Below, piece after piece: positions 1 to 11,700 of a stretch of 64,000 bases of DNA. The DNA is from Setoptus koraiensis (taxonomy: Eukaryota > Animalia > Arthropoda), in contig CM106585.1 in NCBI GenBank assembly GCA_048013815.1, positions 20,646,001-20,710,000 on the forward strand, written 5' to 3'. Under the pieces are notes generated by a model. The model made no database searches and had not been told where the DNA came from. It saw only the letters and a program-made list of their open reading frames with translations. The position numbers and the translations under genes were made by a program. Position 1 is the first letter of the stretch, and every line of letters starts with the position of its first letter.

Positions 1-1082
1 ATGAAATAGATGCCGTTGGTAGAAAGAGGAGTAACAGGAGTTTCGGACCAGCCGAGGCGGAAAACACTCTCAATCAGCTTCTAGTCGAAATGGATGGTTT
101 CAACACAACTACAAATGTTGTCGTTATGGCTGCTACCAACAGGGCTGATATTTTAGATCAAGCTCTGCTTAGGCCGGGTCGATTTGATCGTCAGATATAC
201 GTTCCCGCGCCAGACATAAAAGGAAGATCTGAAATATTTCAAGTTCATTTGAAACCCATCAAAACAACACTGACTCTGCCAGAATTATCTCGTAAAATGG
301 CTGCCCTAACTCCAGGTTTCACTGGAGCTGATATTGCCAATGTTTGCAATGAAGCCGCCCTTATAGCTGCTCGGGATAACGGCGAAACTGTTATTTTAAA
401 ACATTTTGAACAAGCCATTGAAAGAGTGATAGCCGGTATGGAGAAAAAGACCAATGTTATGCAACCGGATGAGAAAAAGACGGTGGCCTACCACGAGGCC
501 GGACATGCAGTGGCGGGATGGTTCCTAGAGCATGCCGATCCCCTATTAAAAGTATCTATAATACCTCGCGGCAAAGGTCTAGGTTATGCACAATACTTGC
601 CAAAGGAACAGTTCCTATATACAAAGGAGCAATTATTAGATCGTATGTGTATGACGTTAGGTGGCAGGGCCTCAGAGCAAATCTTTTTCAATAAAATAAC
701 CACCGGCGCCCAGGATGATTTGCAGAAGATAACTCAGATCGCCTACTCACAAGTGGTACAATTTGGAATGAGCGAAAAAGTTGGTAATCTATCGTTTGAT
801 CTCCAGAAGGCCGGCGAACCGATGTTTGAGAAGCCATATAGTGAGACAACAGCGCAATTAATCGATTCTGAAGTTAAAATATTGGTTGACTCAGCATACA
901 AGAGGGTAATAGAGTTGCTAACTAAGAACAAAAGTCAAGTAGAAAGAGTGGCAAAGCGTTTATTGGAAAAAGAGAGTCTAAACAGAGAGGATATGATTGA
1001 GTTATTAGGCCAGAGGCCGTTCAAAGAGAAGTCAACTTATGAGGAATTTGTTGCTGGAACTAGTGCCGAAGAGAAACTCTAA
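1..1082 (+). CDS. AFG3L2: m-AAA protease subunit AFG3-like 2 (FtsH family), 5'-truncated by window edge, no intron in visible part
   Basis: Frame is open from the window start ([10 protein letters not shown]...[14 protein letters not shown], Walker B), SRH motif [20 protein letters not shown], zinc-protease HEAGH, and AFG3L2-typical [22 protein letters not shown] and ...STYEEFV; stop at 1080-1082. Confidence 0.95.
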   Translation, partial: EIDAVGRKRSNRSFGPAEAENTLNQLLVEMDGFNTTTNVVVMAATNRADILDQALLRPGRFDRQIYVPAPDIKGRSEIFQVHLKPIKTTLTLPELSRKMAALTPGFTGADIANVCNEAALIAARDNGETVILKHFEQAIERVIAGMEKKTNVMQPDEKKTVAYHEAGHAVAGWFLEHADPLLKVSIIPRGKGLGYAQYLPKEQFLYTKEQLLDRMCMTLGGRASEQIFFNKITTGAQDDLQKITQIAYSQVVQFGMSEKVGNLSFDLQKAGEPMFEKPYSETTAQLIDSEVKILVDSAYKRVIELLTKNKSQVERVAKRLLEKESLNREDMIELLGQRPFKEKSTYEEFVAGTSAEEKL

Positions 1083-1338
1083 TAAATTCATCCATTACAA
1101 TCTCCGTGTCCGCTTTCTGGGGCACTCACTCACTCACTCAACATAATGTGTATCAATTACGTAATACCTCAATTCATCAATTCATAGAAGTAACTGATTA
1201 TGTTAGAATTGTTGCACCTGTATGCAGTGTTGTATGCCGCGAATGTGTTTTCTCTATGAGCACAAACATTACTATGTAATTTATTTTGATCCTAATTTAT
1301 ATCATTGTTGACGCTACCATCTATTACAACTTATCGTC

Positions 1339-4300
1339 TCACCTTTTGTCGCTTAATAGATGGCTTGTTGTATTTAGTTTGAAGTATGCGATAAGCGACT
1401 CTTTGGAATTGCGCTCTTGTAACTTTTGCCAGAATCTCGATGATGTGTCGACGGATGTGTTCTGTTGTTGTGCAGTACTATTCATTGGTGTCTCTCTGTG
1501 GCTAAATCTTTGAGATCCATTGATTGTACAAAGACTGACTGTTTCGGGCAACTGATTATCTTGGGTGATTTGCAATTTTTGTGCATCGGGCAGTAGCCAC
1601 TTTTGTTCGAATTCCGACCAATTCGACAGACCTCTAACATGGCGAGTGAAACTCTTGAAGGGCTTATCTTTGACTTCCGCTTCCAGCGACGATATCGACG
1701 AGGAATCGTCCCTGTCAGGATCAAAGTTGTTGTTTTGCTCATCAATTACGCGTGCAAGGGGAGTCCGACAATTTACCGAACAGTATATAAATTCGGCTAG
1801 TTGCTTGAAGAATTTAATCTCTTTGCTTTGTTTGTAGATCTTTTCCGCCATGTCCGATTTATCGAGCTCATAATCGCGCGTCATTTCGCTTATTTCCTGT
1901 TCCAAATTTGCTATGCGCATTTCGCAATCTTTGATCACATCCGATTTGGTGGCAAGCTCCTGAGAGACGTCGCCGAAGGCTCTCACAAGCTTTAGGTCGT
2001 CGTCTTTCAATTTTGCCAGGGCCACGTTGAGCGCATAGTATTTTCTTTTGGCCATTTTGGCCCTCATGTGACGCCTCATCTTAATATCTTCGTCGTCGGC
2101 TCGTTCGCCGCCAACCAGTTGCGACTGAAGCTTGTTGAGTCTGTCCAGGGCCTTGGAGCGCATCTGATTGAGCGCGTCCGCCGTCGATAGTCTCTTTTGG
2201 GCCGAATGGTCAGTGGGGCCGGTTTGTTTGTCGTGGTCCGGCTCGCGGACGTCAGCGTTGTTATCAAACAGAAGCGTTTGGTCGCGTTGATTCACTTGAA
2301 TTAAATTGTCCAGTTCAGATTGTTTGTCAGTTGAGCGATGGTTGCCATCTATTGTGGCGGCCTGTTCCAGTTTTGCCAGCAGCGCCCTCAATCTGTCTAT
2401 CTCATTCTTGTAAGTCTCCAATATGGAATCCTTGGCGTCTTGATTAATAACGGGCTTGTTCTTGATACATTTGGCTCGGCGCGCAAATGCCAGCGTGCAT
2501 AGAGTCTCGTGGTAATCGTTTAAAGTGGGCGCTATACAGGCAATCATGAGCGTTTTGGCATTGCCGCCGAGAGAATCCTGTAATAGCCGGGTCAATTTTG
2601 AGTCTCTATAAGGCACATGTTGTGCATTGATGGCCACACTAGATATAACATTGCCCAGAGCGGACAGGGACAAGTTGATTTTGGTGGCCTCCTTTAGCCG
2701 GTCGCCAATGGCGCCCGTTCTGCTGAGCCGTTCGCTGCCGGCAAGATCGACTAGATGCAATTTGCCCCGTCTAATCTGTTGTTTGGCTGTTGCATTGTTT
2801 GCTTTTGTTGTGTCATGCTGGCCGTTTTGCAATAAGTTGCCGCCGCTCTCCTCCGTGCACCTCATCCTGTCTATGTAAACTGTCAATATAGAGTGGCTGC
2901 GAGACGAGTCTTTGGCCGCGTGTGTTCATGCAGCCAGATAAATAAAAGATAAAAAGATTGTTAGATTAGGCTTATTGCTGCCACTTGCACAGGGCCGAGC
3001 CAATAGGGCGAAATTGAGCACATGAATCAATCTCAGCTGAGCGTCTCACCCGAGTTCATGAGTGTGGCCGAAACGGAACGATTCTTGAGGCCTAATTTGA
3101 CAACGCGCAAACAATCGTCTAGAGTTTTGACGTTCACAATGGTGAGACCCTCGATGAGATTGTCGTGATCGGCCGCGTTGTTTGTTGACCTTTTCAAATC
3201 GAGCTTGACTTGATTGTTGTTGTTGCTGCTGTTGTTGCTGTTGTGTTTACCGTTAGTTGACAGCGATTGTTTGCCGGTGATGGCCGCCGTCGCCGCCGCC
3301 GTCATCGATGTCACCGTTGGCGCGGGCCAGCTGTGGCTGGCGCTGTGGCCCGCACCGACCGGCTTGGGCGCCGCCAACAAATCGTGTATCTCGTCATTGT
3401 AAATCTCAATGTACGAGGTGCTCAGCAGGAACTTGAAATCCTTTGTGGCCGCCACTGCCTCGAGAATGTGCTCAAAGGCTCGCTGAATGATGCCCTGGTT
3501 ACCTGAGTTACAGGTGAAATCGCCCTGCATAGTGAACGATTTTCCGCAACCGGTTTGTCCGTAGGCTGCTCGTGTCAATGGCACCGCCAGTGTCAATGGG
3601 TCAGTGGGCGATAAAAAATATTGTCAACACATGGGTTAGTTGTCACCATATTCATAGATAGTTACAGGCCGCGAGTGACAGGTTTTCAATGCTGGCTGGT
3701 AATTGGTTGGTGTGCCGTACCGAAAATGGTTCCGTTGTATCCCTCGAAGGCACTCTGTGCGGCGATTCAATGAACGGTGACTGGTGTTAATTTATAATTA
3801 GGCTGGTTTCAAGTTTGAGCTGGTCAGCGATTGCTTGGCGACACTCACCTCGACAATGGGAAAGGCCACCTCATTGTAGATTTGCTGATAGGTAGGCGTG
3901 CGTGGGACGGACAGAAAGAGTGTCAGTTGTTTATATATAATTATGATAATTAGAGCTGATTATTGTGGCTGATTGTTTGTTACCTCGGTGGTGGAATCAA
4001 GCGCATAAATGGCGTCAAATGTGAACGATCTGGCTGTTTGCTGTTGAGCTGGTTTTATGACCGTTATCTGGTTTGAATCGGGCAAAAACTGTACAGCTAT
4101 CTAAAGAGAGAATCACAATTCCCATTGTGACAAAGACACGACGATAGGACAATAGGCAAATAAGTGGACACAAGCGCCAACAAACAAGTTAGTTGGTCAC
4201 TAGTTAGTCTCTAGTGGCCTGAGCACTTGACTTGATTAGACTGAATTGGTTACCTGATTCTGGTCGCTCTGTAGCTCTCGTGGTGAGAGGGCCCTACAAC

Positions 4301-4340
4301 GGACAACAACCTTGACACTCTCTGTCAGGTTGTTACTCAT
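1339..4340 (-). CDS. KIF17: Kinesin-2 family motor, KIF17/OSM-3-like; 6 exons (4340-4254, 4100-3984, 3884-3849, 3754-3721, 3565-3050, 2909-1339), ~786 aa
   Basis: Hand-spliced GT-AG model keeps frame (2361 nt): [16 protein letters not shown]...SFTFDAIY...[20 protein letters not shown]...[12 protein letters not shown]...LVDLAGSER...[20 protein letters not shown]. Tail motifs QLVGGE and [10 protein letters not shown]...[13 protein letters not shown] resemble the KIF17/OSM-3 stalk. Subfamily call is from recalled similarity. Confidence 0.85.
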
Positions 4341-5758
4341 TATACATTTGAAGTATCAGTGGTATTTGAAGTTGTCCGTCCAATCATCAACATAACATGT
4401 AGTATGACATAACTCTGTGGCGTTTTATGTGTGTGCCACAGCGAGTTGGCGTACATTTGGGTCTCTGGGCCCCATTGTCACAACAGTGCGCAAAGAGGCC
4501 AATAGGGCAACACGACAATACTATGACATTATGAGACTATGAGACTATGAGACAGCAAGCGCGGCGAGACTGCCGGTTACCTGGAAACGGCAGTCGGCGA
4601 GCACGCGATATCCATATACCCGCACACACACTGCGTATATCCGCTAATATGAGGCCCACACACTGCATAGACACAGTGCTTGTACAGCGTTGCCAGCAAT
4701 AGCAACAAGGACAAGTGCACCGTGAATCGCTAATAAATGGCTAAATAAAATAAATGGATGCTCTCAACGAACTTGTTGTGATATATATTACAACATTACA
4801 TATTAATATTATTATTATATATATTACATATGTTTATGTATTTATACTAATGTATCGCCAGAATACCGCAAAGGCCGACTGACTTGTGAGCCAGTCGGCA
4901 CAGGTGAGAGGATATTGAGGCGCAAATAATAGCAAATAATAAAGACTCTTCATTGAGGAGCAAACAATGGGCAGCGTGTGTCGCGTCTGTTTCGGGTGTT
5001 TGTCGTTGTGTGTCGCATAGCGTGCACGCAACATGCACGACAACAATTTACATTTATCTGTCTGAGTCTATTCATTTATTGTTCATTTATCCTCTGTTGG
5101 GCTATTCCGCACAATCAATTGGACAGGTGACTGCGCAACTGTTGACTTTATTTGAGTTGTTGTCATACTGTGTGTGTGTGTTACGTAACACGTTACGCCA
5201 ATGATGTGTGACGCGCTAGATGATGCAACAACTACAATTGCAACACCGACACCGACCACAACAACATACAATACAATACGATAACAATACAATAATATAC
5301 AACACAATACATTAACTATAATTATAATAGTGTGCGTTACAACTAGCTGGCTGATTAACAATTGTCGTTGTCATCATTGGTGACATTATTATTAATGCGC
5401 AACATGTATTGTCACGGCGTTTATTGTTATGCAAGCTCGATGGAGCGATTGTTGCGACAGCGCGCGATGACATAATTGAACTGGAATTGGCAATTTGCTG
5501 AATCAAGCCGCTGAATCAAGCCGCTGAATCAAGCCGCTTGATTCTCGAGCGTCGATTATCGAACACATGATCTCGAACACATGATCGTCTCGTGAGATAT
5601 GATTGCTGACAATTGACATTGCGAATGAATTACGCGATCACTGTGCGGCCATGACACTGTCATGATGACAGGGGCCCCAACGCGTCATCCGATCCATTCA
5701 GCATTCAGCATCCAGCAACCGCACTCAACAAGCGCATTCGGGGCCGGTCAGCGAGCGG

Positions 5759-8700
5759 TCAGCTGACCCAGGCGTAGTCCCTGCCCAGGTATTTGCGCCA
5801 CATTTTGCACTGGTCGTACTTGTAGGTGTCTTGCCATTTCCAGTTGGCGTCCCTGCCCAGAACGGCGATCTTGTCGTCGTTGTCTTCATTGTTGTTGTTG
5901 TTGCTGTCGTCGTTGCTGTCGTTGTTGCTGTCGTTGTTGCTGTCGGCTTGTCGACTGCTCTGAGCGTCGTAATAGTTTGTTTGTTGTCGCTTGCTGGCCG
6001 GCAGCAGCCACGCGTCCAGCTGGCGCCACTGGTGCCACTGGGGGGCCCCCTGCTGGCCGGCCGGCTGCTGGTGCACGAACGATCTAACTAACTGTCTGAT
6101 TTGCTGCTGAAATTTCTGTTCGCTCGGGCTGGCGAACAGCGGGCGCGTCTCGTTGGCGGCCCACGACACGTTGAAGAAGGCCATGAGGTCCCACATGTGA
6201 AAGGCCAATTGGGGCTCGTAGTTGGCGGCCTGCTGGCCGCCTGCGGACCGGCGCCCGGCGGGCATTTTGATGGGTGCGTCGGGCCGGTGCTCAATTATGT
6301 ACCTGTGCACCTGGGTAGTTTTGCGGGCGCCCGTTTGCAGTTCGCGCACCAGCTCGTTGACGGGGCAAATCTGTCTGATGTCGCTCACCAGGCTCAGGTA
6401 CTCCTCCATGGGGCCCGCTGTGGTGGCGCTGCTGCTGTCATGATTGCTGGCGCCATTTGCTTGCTTGTCATGATTATTTGCCTCGTTTGCGTTGGCATGA
6501 TCATTTGCGCCAATTGCGTTGCCGTCGTCGCTGCTGCTGCTGCTGTTGTCATAATTTGCTGCTTGCTCGTATGCGTTGATTGTTGTTGCGTAATAGCGGT
6601 CCGACGCGGCGCCCGGCCAGCAATTGCCCGCGCGCTCGCCCGCTGCCGCGCGGCAGCCCGGCGACCCGATGTGCGCGTACCACTTGCTGGCCCCTCTCAC
6701 GGCGCCCGCGCTGAAACTGTTCAAACTGGTGATGACGTAACGCGCAAAATCTTGCCACGACCATTGGGCCAGGTCGCGCGGACACGGCCAATACTCGACG
6801 GCTTGCTGCGAGCTGCCCACCAGAATGCGCTTCTTGTCCGGCCAGGCGCGTCTCTGTTGGCCGGCCGCTGCCGGCCGGCTGCCAATCTCGTTATCGCGCT
6901 GCGACTCGTAGTCGGGCGCGCGGCTTGCGCCCGCCCGTTGGGGCGGCCGGCGCGGCCGCTGGTGCCGGTCGTAGTGCTGCTCGGCGCTCACACTAGCGCC
7001 GTCCGACGTGAGCGTCGGGCCGGACTTGAGCGGCGGCCCGCCGCTGGCCAGTCTGTTGTTCGGCGGCGCCGGGCCGCGCACCGAAAATGGAAACAAATTG
7101 CTAATTAGCTCGCCGTCCACCACGACCAATTGATCGGCCAGAATGCCGTGAATGGGCAAATCGTTTTGGTCGTCCAGTCGGTACGAGGGCTCGTCTTGGC
7201 CGAGGAAGTGCGTGATAATTTGCTCGCCGCTCAGCGAGTACAAACACTCGAGCAGGCCGCCGCTGCCGTTGTTTTGCTGCCGGTCGCCGGCCGCGCCGGG
7301 CCCCAAATCCAATTGGGTCACGTCTTGGGCAGGCTCATTAGTTTGCGCGGTCGGTTGCTGCTGCTGCCCGTTGTTGTGGGCGCTGCTGGGCGCCGATTGT
7401 CGCTGCTGGCCCCAGCTCTGATTAGAATGCGGTTGCTCGTGCGGTCGCCGGCCCCCGTCCGCCAAACAGTTGGGCAGATTATGTAAGAATGTGTGCCCGT
7501 TGTGCTTGGCCGACACGGCAAAGGGCACGTCAAAATAGAGCGACGGATTAGTGAGCCACACGGCGTGATACAAATGTCTGTCGTCCTCAATTAGTTGCTC
7601 GCCCGCGGCCATACCCGCGGCCCGTTGTTGCGCGCCCTTGTTTGCGCGCTCGTTGTCTCCGCTGTTGTTGTTGCCGGCCGACCACCGTCCGTTTGACCAG
7701 TCAGGCTGGGCGTCTGGGCCGTTTTTGTCGCCGGCGCCGCTGTCCGGCCGGTCGGCGTCGCTGCCGCCGCTGCGCAGCTCGTTGGACAAAAAGGCCAGCG
7801 GCAGCGCCGACGCCGAGTCCGGCCCGAACAGCACAATGTTGTTGGGGTCGCCCCCGAACTGGGCAATGTTGCGCTTGATCCAGCGCAGCGCGCACAACTG
7901 GTCCCACAGGCCGTAGTTGCCCAGGCTGCTGTTGGGGCCCGCGTTGGCCAATTGTTGCAGAGTCAAAAAGCCCAGCGCCTGCAGCCGATAATTGAAGCTG
8001 ACAATGACGCAGTCCATGGCTGTGCTTGCGCAATTGGTTGCGCCGCAATTGGTTGGTTGCGCCGCAATTGGTTGGTTGCGCCGTAATTGGTTGGTTGCGC
8101 AATCGGTTACGCAATCGGTTTCGCAATCGGTAGTGCGAGTGGTTGTGCGAGTGGTGATGTAATTGGACAAACAAACAGTAAATTAGCATACGCATAATGA
8201 CATGGGCCAGTGGTGTAAATATTGGCCATGATATTGGGGATAATATCAGGGGACAATATTGGGGGATAATATTGGGGGACAATATTGGGGGATAATATTG
8301 GGGCATCAGGACAAATATTGCGCAACGAGATAAATCGCTGCTTGTGACTCACCGAGGGCGAGCGCCGACGAGGGGCCCACGTCGAACAGATTGGCCTGGC
8401 CCTGGCCACTGGACCCGAACGACAGGAAGCCGCCGTGTATGTACACCATCACGGGCCGGCGCTGTTGGCGGCGCGTCGGTCGCCAATGGAATCCAATCCA
8501 GGGATAATGCGCGCGGATAATGCACACGGATAATACAGACGATGATGCCACCATGATACCATGATGATACCATGATGATGGCGACAAAAGACAGATGAGA
8601 CAGATGAGAAAGGCATAGAGAAAGAGATGAGGCGCATGACGATGCACAACAGTTGGCATTGTTTGCGACACGGATAATCCCGCTGACAGCCAATCAAAAG

Positions 8701-11033
8701 ATATCAAAAGAACTGGCCGGACTAGAACTAATCTCGGCCCAGTGGGGCCAGGCTGCCGTTGTGCACGATTATACCATCACACGAGCACACGATCACACGA
8801 TCATGCGATCAGACGAAAAGTGACTCGATGCAGCAGCGCCAATCGGGCCCCGAGCTGGCTCAACAGCGGGCCACCCAGTGGCGGGCCGCTCAACGGCGGG
8901 CCGGTGTGTCCAGCGGCCGACTTGAGCCGACGCGAGCTCGCCGGCCGCGGGGACCCAAAGGAGCCCCATCGATGACAGCCGGCGATGAGTCACGCAACCG
9001 GCAACCGGCAGTCAGCAAGCGGCAACTGGATTAACTTTTGGCCCCAGTCGTAACGCTCGCTCGCTTGGCTCGGTGACAGCAAGCGGCAAGCGGCAAGCGA
9101 GGCTCAACTGACTCACCTTTGCGTCCAAACGGGGCGCCCAAATGTCCAAATAGAGACAGTCCTCTGAGCCGATGAAAGTGCGCGATAACGGGCTCAACTG
9201 CAAACAAACGGGCGCGTGATGTTGCGCCTCGAACAGGCCGCTCGGCTGGCAAGACCGCTGCTGGGTGCTAGCTGGCCAGCGATTGTTGCCAGTCAACAAG
9301 CGACCATTGTCGCTAGTTAGCGTTGGCCACTTGGCCTCTGCCAATGATGCAGCGCCATCTCTGGTGGTGGCCTCCCAAATGGGTATTGGACGTTGCCAGC
9401 GACGCCTGTTAATTGGGGCCAGCGCGTAGGCGATACCCCGAAACACGATCGCCTCGTGCTCTATGAGGCCCACGAATTTTGCGCATTCGGTTTGCACGGT
9501 TCTGGCCGTGTCGAAGTGGCTCAGCGTGTCATACTGATGTTGTTGTTGTCGATTGTCGTCGCTCGTCGCAATCTGCTGCTGCTGCTCGCTCCTCAATTTG
9601 CGAGACCCTGTCACGTGTCGCGTTGCGTCGTTGTTGTGCTCACTTCCGGTTACGTAAGCGCTACTTGTTGTGTCGGTTGTGTCAATTGTGGCGTTGTCGT
9701 GGGTGCGCGGTCCACTGGAGATGGTGTCAATGGAGCGGCCATTGGAGCGGGCCCCATTTGTGGGCGCGATAGGCACGATAGTGGAATGGTTTGTGAGGGT
9801 GGCAAGCGGTTCATTTGAGTGGTAGTTGCAGTGCAGTGTTAATAGGCAAACAAGTGAGGCTGTCAACAAAAAACTGAACAACATGGCCAACAGTATCGAT
9901 GGCGACAAATTGAATTTATATATAAATTTTCTGTAATTGTGATGATGATTTTGCGACGTTGATGGCTTGCGATGCTTGATGCAAAGCGTTTGTTTTGCGT
10001 ACTGTTTCCAACTGTCACAAGCTGGCTGAGAACGATTGTTGGCGCCAATGGACAAATTGATTGAGTTCATGTCCGCGTCCAAGTGACCGGAAGCGGAAGC
10101 GGAAGACGACGACGACGACGACGATGAAGGGCAATTGTCGTAATTGAAGGCACATTTGAATATGTTTGAGCACGCCTTTCGACCGGTCGTCTCAATGGCT
10201 CTCTTGAGCCGCTTATTTGGCGCTTGCTTGTTGTGATCCGCACAAGCTGATTCAGCTTGCCGACACACTTGACCTTGGCTCGCTGACAAATGGACAACCC
10301 GACCCCAGGTCACGTCATGACAATCATCATTTGTGATTGTGTCATCATCGGCGCATTCTTGCGCCATCTTGTATCTGGTCTGACGTTTCGATCTCACAAA
10401 ATCTTGCAGCGACTCGAACAGGCGCCCCATTGTTTGGGGCGCCACCAGCAGGCGCCCGTTGTGATTACCATTATTATTATTACTACTATCATAGTTGCTG
10501 GCGTAACGATTGGTGCTGTCATAATTGGAGTCGTCATAATTGATGCTGTCGTAATTGGAGTCGCTATAATTAGAGTTGCTGCAATCAAACAGGTTGCTGC
10601 TGCGCCTTCGCTGCTCGCTGCCCATCACGCCCACGCAATTCGCGGCCCTCTGTCCGCGATTATAATTATTATTATTGCTGCTACTATTATTGTTGTTGTC
10701 GGTTGTGCGGTTGCGCTTGCCAGCGCTGCTTGCAGTTTGTTTGCTGACGGTTGCAGTGACGCCGATCGAGTGGTCGCACATCAAGTTTGTTGTTGTCTCA
10801 TTAGTGGGGGCCTCATTAGTTAGATGCTGCCGGCTGGCAGTTAATGAGTGACAGTGGCTGTGCATATGTGCTTGTGTTTGTTGTTGTTGTTGTTGTTGTT
10901 GTTGCTGCTGTTGTTGTTGCTGTTGTTGTCGTCGTTGTTGTTCGTTGTTGTCCAATGTAATCAATTGCTCTAAATTAAATCTTATGCTTGTTGCGTAATC
11001 AACGGCCGCACTGTTGTTGGCCGTTGTTGGCAT
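5759..11033 (-). CDS. Neurotactin-like type II membrane protein with C-terminal catalytically inactive carboxyl/cholinesterase domain; 3 exons (11033-9117, 8461-8353, 8019-5759), ~1428 aa
   Basis: Spliced frame is continuous (4287 nt): long low-complexity N-terminus, one TM (ILLAMLFSFLLTASLVCLL), then FRGIAYALAP, SEDCLYLDIW, PVMVYIHGG, VSFNYRL, GNYGLWDQLCALRWIKRNIAQFGGDP. Nucleophile elbow reads FGPDSA instead of FGESAG. N-terminal TM plus C-terminal esterase fold is the neurotactin architecture. Confidence 0.8.
8030..8305. repeat. Two intronic minisatellite clusters (CAATTGGTTG-based and GGGGATAATATT-based)
   Basis: Degenerate tandem units visible at ~8030-8130 and ~8235-8305, inside intron 8020-8352. 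Confidence 0.8.
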
Positions 11034-11619
11034 GATGCAATGTTGTCGTTGTTGTTCAATCGGCGCTGTGTGTGCTCACAGTTGTTGTTTGCTGATACAT
11101 CCCATTCTTATGATGTGCAATCCGTGTGTGTGTGTGTGTGTGTTCGTATGCAAATGTGTGCTGCTGTGTCAGCTAAAATTGGTTGTCGTTGTTGTTTGGT
11201 TGTTGCCAAAATTTGGTTGTCGCGGAAATTTGGTTGTCGTTGTTGTTGTCGTGTTTTCAGTGCACATTCGACATATATATATTCAGATCAATAAATGAGC
11301 AGCACAATGCAAAGAGAGAGCGAGAGAGAGAGAACACATTATTAGCATACATACACAACATATTTGCATAATGATGATTACCATGATTACTCAATGGGCG
11401 CCAACTCGATGGCTAATGCCAGTTGCACGCACTGCTGGCCATTCTCTATTGTAACCTCTATTTATAACCGCCGCTATTATGGCCAATCTCTCAATCATTA
11501 GATTGACTTGCCGCTTGACCAGTCGTAGTGGCCACTGACCAGCTCTGCGTGGTTGGCAATATTACGCAATCGCACAGCGCCGCTTGTACTGCACGTCACT
11601 GTGCTCGTGCGACACCCAA

Positions 11620-11700
11620 CAATACCAAACAATACCGAACAATACCAAAGAATACCGAACAATACCAAAGAATACCAAATACCTAAGAATACCAAATATC
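11620..11700. repeat. AATACC(A/G)AA(C/G) 10-mer tandem repeat
   Basis: About seven degenerate units in direct succession. Confidence 0.8.

Noticed and set aside
6101-7108. Long plus-strand ORF (and similar ones such as 56812-57600 and many in 12-30 kb)
   Set aside because: Antisense or alt-frame shadows of GC-rich or repeat-rich sequence; no recognisable motifs.
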